A stretch of DNA of 62,922 nucleotides, counting the filler, from Octopus bimaculoides (taxonomy: Eukaryota), in assembly GCF_001194135.2 (NCBI RefSeq). It is 9 parts of 9 records of this genome, joined end to end, with 100 filler letters (N's around TTAATTAATTAA, not from the genome) between each part and the next. Parts side by side here need not be neighbours in the genome. Positions count along the whole stretch, not along the records: positions 1 to 19,646 come from NC_069001.1; 8 more parts are not named here. The stretch is one strand, 5' to 3'. Shown here piece by piece: positions 1 through 9,939 of this stretch (positions within the stretch are counted from its first letter, which is position 1; each line of letters begins with the position of its first letter). A model generated the notes under the pieces. It made no database searches and was not told where the DNA came from. It saw only the letters and a program-made list of their open reading frames with translations. Made by a program: the position numbers and the translations under genes.

Positions 1-133
1 TCAGTGGGTTGGGAAAGGTTAAAATGTATTCTAAGTTTATATTAAAAGTTATAACTCAAATAAAATAGTTATTAGTCAGGGAAATGAGAGAAACTAAATT
101 AAAAATTAGCAAGATTTACTTTTTAAAAAATAT

Positions 134-454
134 TTACTTTTTAAAATATTTAAAGGTGCGGGAGTAACAATGCACACATAGAACCCTAAGGTCAGATCTA
201 TTGTTAATTAGATTAGGATTATCCTTAAGTTTAAAAATTTCGTAAATTTCCATAGAGCACAATCCACAGCCATATCTTCTATTTCTATAAGGTTGTGCTC
301 TCCTGACGATTTCCCATTTAAGATTAAAATCGATACCATTTTCCTTCAATTCCCAAGAGGGAATGGGGAGTGGGGCTTGTTTGTAGTTTGTAGAGAAAAC
401 ATAAAACGTGCCTGAAAAAAAAAAACATGGTATTTCCTGCCAACTAAAACACAC
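134..454 (-). mobile_element. Penelope-like element, C-terminal GIY-YIG endonuclease region and start of 3' flank (fragment)
   Basis: WELKENGIDFNLKWEIVRRAQPY...CGLCSMEIYEI...LINNRSDL..C.H matches the W..K....L.W.I / C.LC..E / LN.R.E...C.H tail typical of Penelope ORFs of marine invertebrates; recognised by eye, no search run. Confidence 0.7.
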
Positions 455-730
455 GAGGAACTATGAAAGAAGGCGAATAAGTACCGGGGATTGAGGAAAG
501 AATAAAGAATCAACAGTCGATCGTTCTAGAACTCCTAGAATAAAAAGGCAAACACCTGAAAGACTTTCCCCTCTATTCATTACTAAATGTCTTTCCCTCT
601 TTTTTATTGTTAAAAGTAAAGAAGCTAAAAAAGATCGATCGTATTTCAGTCTAATTGTCACTGTAAGTGACTGAGGCTTTCTTTTCTCTGTTTCTATCGC
701 TTCACTCCTTTTCTCTACGGTTAAGAGAGT

Positions 731-1050
731 GAAGGTGCGTGATTCAGTGGTTAGGGGTATTCGGCCCATGATCGTAAAGTCATGAGTACGATTCCCTGCG
801 GAGCGCTGTTTTTTGAGCAAGGTACTCTATTTCACCATGTTGCAGTCCACTCAGCAGGCTAAAATGAATTGTAGCTGTAATTCAAAGGGGCCAGCCTTGT
901 CACATTCTGTGTGAGGTTGAATCTCCCTGAGAACTACCTCATCGTATGCATGTCTGTAGAGTACTCAGTCACTTGCGCGTTAATTTTACGGACAGACGAT
1001 TCGTTGATCAGATAAACAGGAACCTCGTCGTCGTAACCGACGGAGTGCCA
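731..1050 (+). mobile_element. tRNA-derived SINE, family B subtype 1, near full length
   Basis: A-box-like TCAGTGGTTAGG, B-box-like GAGTACGATTCC, then TTGAGCAAGG..TATTTCAC..TTGC..GTCCACTCAGC core; homologous copies at 30896 and 41588. Confidence 0.8.
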
Positions 1051-1378
1051 TTTTTAAAAAAGAGTGAAAGAAAAGGAAATGTTCCATATCATAAGACAAT
1101 AATGTTATGTGTTTAGTATAAGCAGTGAAAGTTAAGACGAAATAATTTCTACTCCGTCGTGTATTCGCCGTCGACTCACGCTCGGTTTGATACCAACAGC
1201 CTGCACATCGGTGTTCATTTGGGGGCTTAACCTCCAGTTCTGTGAGACCAACAAATACCGCTGTTAGGACTGGATTAATACCCATAATCACCCTAACGAC
1301 TAAAAAAATTTTCCTGCCCCTATATAGGATCTTTTTTCGTTTTCTTCCAGCCCCTTGAAGGTTTATCTTGCTCCAGCC

Positions 1379-1520
1379 CACTCAGTTGGCCAAAATGAGT
1401 TGTAGCTGTAATTCAAAGGCACCAGCCTTGTCATATTCTTTGTGAGGTCGAATATCCCCGAGAACTACATTAATGGTATGCATGTCTGTGGATTACTCAG
1501 CCACTTGCGAGTTAATTTTA
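1379..1520 (+). mobile_element. 5'-truncated second copy of SINE B1
   Basis: CTCAGTTGGCCAAAATGAGTTGTAGCTGTAATTCAAAGG...GAGAACTAC repeats 850-985. Confidence 0.75.
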
Positions 1521-1935
1521 TCCTCGTATGGTAATGAAAAGTGAAAGTGTCATCCTATATTTGTTGTGTCTGTATCTATGTATCAACTTTTCTTTCGATC
1601 TATGTGTCTACTGTCTCTCACTTTCTCTCTTTCTCTTTCGCTTCCTCTGTGTCCTTCCTATCTCCCGCTTTTAATTAAACAATGTGTGTATGTATCTGTG
1701 TGTCAAATTTTCTTTCGGTCTATGTATCTACTTTTCTTGCGATGTAATAAACATTTAGAAACACAAAACGAACGCCGTCACCACTCACTGTCTCTTTCAC
1801 TCTCTCTTTCTCTCTTTCTCTCTCACTCTTTCTTTCTCTCTCACTCTTTCTTTCTCTCTTACTTCCTCTCTGTCCTCCTCTCCCTTGCTTTACCACTGAC
1901 TTCTTCCTTTGAAGTTAGTGCGGCACACACCGCAG

Positions 1936-2071
1936 GTGCGTACAAAAAGAACAAGTTGGCATATTAATGTTATTGATTAGGTAACTACGTCTAATATAAA
2001 TGTGTAAGTGTTTATAAAGTATTTCATTGTTTTAGGTAAATTTTAAAATAAAATATCTTAACCTTTTTCAG
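1936..2071 (+). other. Predicted 5'UTR intron of the DUF229 gene
   Basis: Donor CAG|GTGCGT at 1936; branch-like CTTAAC at 2057; CTTTTTCAG acceptor ending 2071, 5 nt before the ATG at 2077. Confidence 0.6.
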
Positions 2072-2076
2072 GTTTC

Positions 2077-4041
2077 ATGAGGAATAAAGTGAAAGAAATG
2101 AATAAAAAAGCAATAATTCCCATTCTGTGTTTGGTTACCACAATTTCCATATTTGTTATACGGAGTTTCAACCTGAATAAGGAAAGCATGCAATTGATAG
2201 AAATGGAAATTAACAAAGGATTCTTGGTTGATTCGAAAACGTGCAGGATACCAAATATTGATCCATTCGACATTTCTGTACGTAAATATTTCTCGATAAG
2301 TAAATGGCAACCCTGTCCAGGTAAAGCTTCTTTGACATACCAAGAGGATAATATTTTGAGAATTAATAAAACTGTTATCATACAAAGGTATAAAAACAGT
2401 TTTCATTCATGCAAAGTATATCCAATAGTGAGGAATGATACTGACGATAATCATATCGACTACCTGAAGGAATCTTTACAGTTTAAATCAGATGTGAATA
2501 TAACTCATGAATTTATTAGAGTTCAGTGTTTTAATAGAGACAATAAAACAATTTACACAAATTTCCACGCCTTTGTCCAGATGAAAAAATTACGGCCTAA
2601 GGATATGAATCCATATAATATTGGTTACGATGGCATTGACTCTTCAAAAGATTCTATGAAAAACATTGATTTTTCAAACATTGTAGAAAACAAACTTTCA
2701 CTGAATGTTCTTTTAATTGGAGTTGATTCAGTTTCACGACTGAACTTCATACGACAAATGCCATTAACTCGTCAGTTTTTATTAAATCATGGCGCTATTG
2801 AAATGTTAGGTTACAACAAAGTGGGTGATAATACATTTCCCAATATAATACCATTTCTTACTGGTAAATACCTAGAAGAACTACCTGAATCAAAGAAACT
2901 GGAATGGAAGCCATTTGATAAATACGATATAATTTGGAAACATTATAATAAATCCGGGTACGTTACTATGTTTGCAGAAGATTCAACATCTGGGGCAATA
3001 TTTAACCACTTGAGATACGGTTTTAAGAAACAACCAACTGACCATTATTTGAGACCATTTGCACTTGCAAGGGAGAAACAAAGTTCTCTTTGGTCAAATA
3101 ATAATTTTTGTTTTGGTAATCGAATGGAACCAGCTATTGTTCTACAATACGCATATGATTTCATCAGAGTCTACAAGGATAAGCCATATTTCACTTTAAC
3201 GTTTATTACACGTATTTCACATGATGATATGAATGCGGCTGGACGTGGAGATTTTGAATATCTGAGGTTCCTTAAGAAATCTTTCAAACAAAACCTACTA
3301 AACAATACTATTTTGATTTTCTTTTCTGATCATGGAATTAGGTTTGGCTTATTTCGCAAGACTTATGTTGGTCGACTAGAAGAACGACTTCCTGCTATGT
3401 ATATCCTTCTACCAGAGTGGTTCAGATACAAATTTCCGACATTCTGGAATAATCTCAAAGTAAACACTCACCGATTGACAACACCATTTGATATCTATGA
3501 AACCCTACAAGATATTTTGGATATTGAAAAAGCAGCAGAACATTATAAATCTAATGAAATTGACTACAAAAATCTAAAACGCATCAGCCTGTTCAGAAAG
3601 ATACCTTTAAATCGTTCTTGTGAGGCAGCACGTATTAAACCACACTGGTGTACATGTCACGTCTTTACTTCAGTTGCTCTTAATGATACCATTGTAATTA
3701 TCGTAACTAATTACCTCGTGAATTATATAAACAACATGACATCAAATTCTAGTAAAGTGTGTGCCAGGTTAAAATTACAGGAAATCAAAAATGCTGAAAT
3801 TTCAGTGATGAATGACAAGGTACTTTCCTATTTAGGTAAAGGAGTTCAGACTTATAAGGATTACCGAATTATTATGCAGACACTTCCCGGTGAAGGTTTA
3901 TTTGAAGGATCAGTAAGATATTACAGTGACAATGAGCAATTATCATTGTTGGGAGAGATTAGTCGAATAAACCGCTATGGACATCAATCTGACTGTATTC
4001 ATGACTTTATCCTGAGGAAATATTGCTACTGTAACAAATAG
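2077..4041 (+). CDS. DUF229 (PF02995) family protein, alkaline phosphatase/sulfatase superfamily, 654 aa, probable type II membrane protein
   Basis: Uninterrupted 654-aa ORF; N-terminal hydrophobic anchor (AIIPILCLVTTISIFVI); family motifs LNVLLIGVDSVSRLNFIRQMP, GYNKVGDNTFPN, GYVTMFAED, GFKKQPTDHYLRPF, SHDD, FFSDHGIRFG, GRLEERLP, RLTTPFDIYETL, SLF..IP..RSC..ARI..HWCTC; AATAAA at 4473. Confidence 0.92.
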   Translation: MRNKVKEMNKKAIIPILCLVTTISIFVIRSFNLNKESMQLIEMEINKGFLVDSKTCRIPNIDPFDISVRKYFSISKWQPCPGKASLTYQEDNILRINKTVIIQRYKNSFHSCKVYPIVRNDTDDNHIDYLKESLQFKSDVNITHEFIRVQCFNRDNKTIYTNFHAFVQMKKLRPKDMNPYNIGYDGIDSSKDSMKNIDFSNIVENKLSLNVLLIGVDSVSRLNFIRQMPLTRQFLLNHGAIEMLGYNKVGDNTFPNIIPFLTGKYLEELPESKKLEWKPFDKYDIIWKHYNKSGYVTMFAEDSTSGAIFNHLRYGFKKQPTDHYLRPFALAREKQSSLWSNNNFCFGNRMEPAIVLQYAYDFIRVYKDKPYFTLTFITRISHDDMNAAGRGDFEYLRFLKKSFKQNLLNNTILIFFSDHGIRFGLFRKTYVGRLEERLPAMYILLPEWFRYKFPTFWNNLKVNTHRLTTPFDIYETLQDILDIEKAAEHYKSNEIDYKNLKRISLFRKIPLNRSCEAARIKPHWCTCHVFTSVALNDTIVIIVTNYLVNYINNMTSNSSKVCARLKLQEIKNAEISVMNDKVLSYLGKGVQTYKDYRIIMQTLPGEGLFEGSVRYYSDNEQLSLLGEISRINRYGHQSDCIHDFILRKYCYCNK

Positions 4042-4859
4042 CATTCTTTAGTCCTGTTTTGGCAATGTCTAATTATATTAGAACATATCAAACTACTTAA
4101 GTTATTTTTTTGTATTTGATGGTCTCTATATCTACAATACCTAACAACATGTTTGATGCGAAACTGTTTACATTTTATTGTGGAAACTGTCTAATGTATT
4201 AGAAGTTGATGTAATGTTGCACACGAATTATAGGATTTCGTAAATGTGTATTTTTTTTTTAACATCGCAGCTGAAATCGCTGTATGACAGACGTATCGAA
4301 CACTATTACGTTAAAGGTTGGAAACAATCAACCATATGTGAGTTGTCTACAACATATCATCTAATCGAGACAGTAAAACGTTACTCTTTCCCTCTCTCCT
4401 CAACATATACGAGCGTGCATATTTTGTATATGTGCTCATGGACGTGATTTGTGTGTCTGTTTAAAACTGAAAAATAAATATTCACTACATGTTTTGAAAT
4501 TTTAGTTTATTTGTAATTAATTGATTATTCTCTCCATTACAATTCAGAGTTACATGTAAGTATACATGTCCACTTTTTCAAACCATTTCCAACAATATTT
4601 CAGTAACTGAAGCGGAGTACTGAGTTTTTTTTTTTTTACTTTTATATAATAAAAACGCTATTCTCACCCCACTTTTATTGATCACTATCTATGAAGCAAG
4701 AACAATCAGTTAAATATAAAGAAACATCGGTACCTTTTCTCTTTGAAGAACAAACAAATTGCATTTAAGAAACTTTATAACATACGACTCTCGAAAAGTG
4801 CAAATGTAATCAAATACATGACCTCTACTGCAAGAGATTAATCACCGAGTTACCCGAAG

Positions 4860-5100
4860 AGAAGCTTGTATTCTAAGTCACAAGTGGCAGATGTCATTCT
4901 AAGGCCTTCAAAGACTTTCAATCTGATCTCATCACTCTGATTAAAAAGTAGGTTTCCGACGCCACATCAATTTCTTCCAGTAATTACATAAAACGCGTGA
5001 AACAACTCACGACATCCGCATACATTCCAGTTAAAACAAATTTTGTATTCGAACTAAACTCCATTATAAAGGCCAACTAAAGTTTAAAAAATCCCAAGTG
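4860..5100 (+). mobile_element. Possible highly decayed Penelope-like ORF fragment
   Basis: Frameshifted reading KAFKDFQSDLITLIKK-VGFRRHINFFQ resembles the pre-RT region of Penelope ORFs. Confidence 0.3.
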
Positions 5101-5749
5101 CTGCCATAAACTCAAACAATAGAGATATACTTTTTCAGTTTGTAGTAGAAAACTGTGTAGACAACTTCGTTATCTTCAAACCTTCCATCACTATTAAGGA
5201 TCAAACAGCATTTCTCGGTACAGTTTCAACTGCAGGTTAATAAACTCACCCAGAAAAAATGTTGATAGCGTGCAAGTGCATACCCGATGCAAATAGCTTT
5301 AAATTCAGATTATTGCAAAGAAATGACAGTACCCTTGCTTTTTAATGATTTCATAGTATAAAAAACAAACCTTTCTGTCCATTCACCCAATGAATAATTT
5401 TTTTTTATCTATTTCCCATGAAATCCCTTCTCCTTGGACATCAGGACATGATTTGACTTGATACATAGATAATAATGAAGGCCAGTATGATAAAGTTTCC
5501 TGCTGTGGGGTGATTTTTAGTTTCACCCGTTTTTGACTTTCCTTAGATCGTAAAAGCACGTCCAACATACAATCTCTTTCACCAAAGCAATCAGATACGG
5601 GAAAACTGGTTGTCTGTCCAATTATAGGACTGTGGCATAGCGATCTCCACGATGAACGCGACCGATAGCCAGATTACTCTTGCATATGACAAGACACCGG
5701 CTGCTCGACGTGATTTTAATGAGTCAGCAATACTGGGATAATGTTAAGT

Positions 5750-6300
5750 CTTAGCCAAGGAAGAACACTTTGACAGGCATGATAAAGTTGGTGGCTTTCA
5801 TATATTGAAATCAATGACAACACTATCAAAATACCAACGGAAAAGAAATGGTATAACTCTCAGCCAGAAAATGTCTCTAAGAACGATAAAATATACTCTG
5901 ATCCGAATATTGTTACGAAGAACCACCATAGGAGTAAGTGCCTCCTAATCGACATAACAGTTCTAATGATAATGTATTCTCAAAGATAGTGGAGAGTAAT
6001 TACTCAATTATAAAGATTTCGAAGTAAAGATAACTAAAATTTTGAGGCTGGAAAGAGGAACATTAGGTCACCCAACTCCCAATCACAATATTAGATGCTC
6101 TGGGACTAATTAAAAACATGAATAGAAATGCATAAGCATAACCCCATAATATGACTATAAACAAGAGAAAATGACACCACGAGACACAGAACACATGATG
6201 CATAGACTATTATTAATTGATTGAAAAAGGCAAAAACCAAAATGAAACAATTTTCATATCCAGTTACAACAGAGTTGTGTTCGGTAATGAAAGCATGCAA
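5750..6300 (+). mobile_element. Decayed R4/Dong-type LINE 3' end (restriction-like endonuclease region)
   Basis: Broken reading KWYNSQPENV...PNI...KCLLIDITV...YKD.EV.I...LPITILDALGLIK parallels the RLE C-termini of the other copies in the window. Confidence 0.5.
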
Positions 6301-6359
6301 TTATATTTAGGCTACTGAATATGACTTGTAAGAAGAATTATTTTTAATTGAAGCACAAG

Positions 6360-6530
6360 GCTATCGACCCCAGTATTTGGCTGGTACCTATTTTATAGAT
6401 TCTGGGGGCGGAAATGAAATGAGAAATTAATTTCGTCAGGATTCGAAGTCAAAACGTAGAAGAGCGGAACGTAGAAAACTGGAACATATATCCCAAATAT
6501 TTTGTGTAACGCTCTAATGATTCTGCATTC
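6360..6530 (-). mobile_element. Degenerate SINE family C copy
   Basis: ATCGACCCCAG...CTGGTACCTATTTTAT core in reverse orientation. Confidence 0.5.
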
Positions 6531-6780
6531 CGTAAGAATCAATATCTGTATAAACATTGGATACTGAGGGAACACTGCATGAATGAATCAGTCGAAGTAC
6601 ATCAACAAATATATGTCAAAGTATATTAATTGTTATATCAAAATGCACACACACACAAACGCACGCTCGCGCGCACTCACACACATAATTACAAATTAAA
6701 AGCAGCTCTAGTAATGTTTACATTGTCGGTTGCTCATATATAATGTATGTATTTTGTTTATATGCTGAGGGATATCGTCT

Positions 6781-7277
6781 GGGGAAAATTCCTTATACGA
6801 TGACGAATATTAAAGGACGCCGGGTGTCCCAGACCAGGCGAGGCAACTCGCCCCGAAGGGATCGAGAATGGAAGATACGAGTATTTCACCAATTTTGTGA
6901 CTTATCATTGCAATGTACTCAGATCACCTCAGAACGAAACGATTGTTTGTATGTAAATAGAGTAAATTAATTTGCTGATGTACGGCGGTGTAGCACATAT
7001 GAAATAAAATTAAATTACACACTTAAAGCAATATCAGTCGCACATGCATAGTGTATGTGTTTTGTTTAAACGCTCATTTGCTGCGGGACAGCATCCTGGC
7101 AAAGCTCCCTACACGACACTGTTAAAGAACACCAAGTGTCCCACACAAGACCAGGCGAGACAACCCGTCCCGAAGTGATCGACAATGGTGTATATTGATA
7201 TTTCGCCATTATTAAGGCTCCTCAATACCATGTGTTTGGATCACCTCGAAACGAAAGAAATCGCTGGTCTGGGACAT
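6781..7277. repeat. Two diverged ~160-bp direct repeats (6781-6940, 7098-7256) plus a short inverted fragment (7261-7276)
   Basis: Shared TAAAG.AC.CC..GTGTCCC..AGACCAGGCGAG.CAAC.CG.CCCGAAG.GATCGA.AATGG and GATCACCTC..AACGAAA. Confidence 0.8.
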
Positions 7278-7409
7278 ATATAACTGTTCAATATTTGGTA
7301 GATTGAGGCTAATTTCTACTGCATCACCTGCTACACTTCCGTGTTGCTGGAGTGTGTGCAGCATTATGTGTTCTTTTCTGATGTTGGGAGTGTGCGAACT
7401 CTTCTCGGT

Positions 7410-9200
7410 ACTGTATTGTTTTTTTTTTCCTTGAGGTGTGGTGCTGTCTTTTGTTGTACTACTGCTTGTATTCTGTGTTGAGTGTGTGATACTTTGGTTT
7501 TTCTAGCTTGCTGCTAGGGGTTTATTTCACTGGGTATACGCTGTATAGAGTGTGTCTTGTATTTGTGGGTTGTTTTGTTTAGGTTGTATTATTGGATGGA
7601 TAATGTTTTGCGTAGGATGTGGGCTGTTCCTTGCAGTGCTATTTTTTGGACAGTGTGTAGTGTTGAAGATCTAGGTATAGCTTCTACATTTTTTTGTTCA
7701 TATGATTTTTTATCATGTCCAATGCTCCAATTATTATCGGCATTGGTTTTACCTTCATGCCACACATTTTAAATACTTCAATTTTGAGGTTTTTGTACTT
7801 CGACAGTTTCTCCACTTCTTTTTTGACAATATTTTGGTGAGAAGGGACTGCAATGTCTATCAATAAGTAGGTGTTTTTCCCTAATCCTTGACCATTAAGT
7901 CTGGGTGATTAGCTTTTATTTCTTTGTCGGTTTATATCCCAGATGATCGTTGTCTTGTACCTTGCTTGGCACATGTTTATACCACCTGCTGTCAGTTTTG
8001 ATTTTGGAATGTTGGCATATTGTCCAGTGGATGTAACCGCTTGCTTTGCCGTGTCTTTATATACACATTCTGCATTCGGTGTTGTGGCTTGTTTTCATTA
8101 TTTTGGTTTTATAATTGTTTGTAATCAGGCATTGGTCTTGTGCAGCGAGAATCAGTTCTTCCGTTTCGGCTTTTAGTCCAGAGCTTTTGAGTCATTGTTG
8201 GATTTTACATAGGCTCACTTCCTCTCTGTCAAGTCTTGCAGGGTATTGGCCATGAAGTCATTTTTCTTTCCATTTCTTCTTCAGTATCTTTTGTAATTCT
8301 GTTTCCATGTTGTTTTTTGTCTCTCTGACCATTACTGCTATGTTGTCATCTGAGGTTAGTGTGTCAGCGTAATTTACTTCTGTTTTGTATTTTGTCACCT
8401 CCTTGTGTATAGACTAAAGCGGTTTCTTTTTATCAGGTGAATTTATTACATGCAGTAGTCTGCCACTCTATGTTTCTAAGTACTTTGCTAGTCCAACTGT
8501 TGTTATTTTATAGTAGTTTTCTATCTGTATCAGGTCACGATCTCCTTTTGAGCGGGGTAGATATATTCTATTTGCGTCTGCTTCGGGGTGGTGACCACGG
8601 TACACTGTTAGTAGTTTTCTGGTTTTCCTATCTAGGTTTCTCAATTCAGGCTTGTTTTTTTCCTTTTAAAGTCCTCCATAATTGCTCGGTTTAGCAGAAG
8701 TTGCTCCTTACAGCCATACATTCCTCTCCGGCACATTTTTTGTTCTTCTGATAAGACATTGTTGCTTTCTAAGTGTTTTATAAGCCGGTTATAGATGACT
8801 GTTGTCAGGGTTTTGTAGGATATTGATAGGCATGTTATTGGTCTGTAATTTTGTGGGTGCACGGCGTCTTTGATTTTGGGAATTAGGGTGGTTTGCCCTT
8901 CCAGCATCCTGTTATCAATAAATTAAACGCTGCGGCTAAGTGGTTATGGGTACTGGTGAAGTGTTTCAACTAGAAGTTGGGTGCCTTGTCTTTCCTTGGA
9001 GTTTTCCAGTTGCTGGTACTCCTCAGTATGTCCATGATCTCTTGGCTTGTGATAGTGGGCCATATCTGTTGTTCTATTGTGTTCTTCCTTTCCTTTTCTC
9101 GACTAATTCACTGAGCATCTTTATTGTGTTTCTTTTGTTTGCTCCATATTGCTTCCCAGTATATCTGAATCGCTGATTTTGTTGGCATGGCATCTATTCA
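7410..9200 (-). mobile_element. R4/Dong-type LINE, 5'-truncated with an internal RT deletion
   Basis: TTLIPK...NYRPITCL...EQKMCRRGMYGCKEQLLLN (RT domains 1-3) joined directly to NLDRKTRKLL..HHPEAD.NRIYLPR; ends KLSKYKNLKIEV...IIIGAL...QKIALQGTAHILRKTL. Confidence 0.85.
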
Positions 9201-9270
9201 TATAGTTTTTTGTTTAACTTTCAAAAAAAAAAATTGTGTTCCTCCTCCTCCTCCTCCTCCTCCTCCTCCT

Positions 9271-9692
9271 CATTATTATTTAAGACGTCGCACAGTATCC
9301 CATACAGTGATGTTGTTGACTGAAGATATTGTGTCTTCCGGGGGTTTGTACGGTCAGTCAAGTCACAAGGTACTTTACGCAAAATTCGTCTAGTTCCAAG
9401 TAATGCCGATTTTTGCAATACACCTAGATTGTAGAGAAGTTGTAAAGTTTCCAGATCTTTTTTTTCAAGTTGGGTGGTATTGACCCCAATGCTCCGATGA
9501 CGATAGGGACAACCTTTATGTTTGACTCTCGTAGCTGCCACATCTCGGCGATGTCAATTCTCAGGTCGCCATATTTATCAATCTTTTCTCTTTCTTTCAT
9601 GATGATATGTTGATCTCCTGGCACTGTCACGTCGATTATTAGGCACTCTTGCTTGTCCCTTCTAAAGTTTGCTATATCCGGCCTTAGGGGCT
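9271..9692 (-). mobile_element. R4/Dong-type LINE 3' fragment flanked by (TAA)n
   Basis: RPDI...CLIIDVTVPGD...EKIDKYGDLRIDI...VVPIVIGALG...LQKSALLGTRRILRKV; ATT repeats at both ends. Confidence 0.85.
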
Positions 9693-9702
9693 TATTATTA
9701 TT

Positions 9703-9915
9703 AAGGCGGCGAGCTGGCAGAAACGTTAGCACGCCGGACGAAATGCTTAGCGGTATTGCGTCCGTCGCTACGTTCTGAGTTGAAATTCTGCTCAGGTCGA
9801 CTTTGCCTTTCATCCTTTCGGGTCGATAAATTAAGTACCAGGGAAACACTGAGGTCGATGTAATCGATTAGTACTTTCTCCACAAATTTCAGGCCTTGTG
9901 CCTTTAGTAGAAAGG
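9703..9915 (+). mobile_element. tRNA-derived SINE family C, full length, inside an (ATT)n tract
   Basis: GGCGGCGAGCTGGCAGAAACGTTAGCACGCCGG head; GGTCGACTTTGCCTTTCATCCTTTCGGG.TCGATAAATTAAGTACCAG core; TTATTATT on both sides. Confidence 0.85.
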
Positions 9916-9939
9916 ATTATTATTATTATTGTTGTTGTT

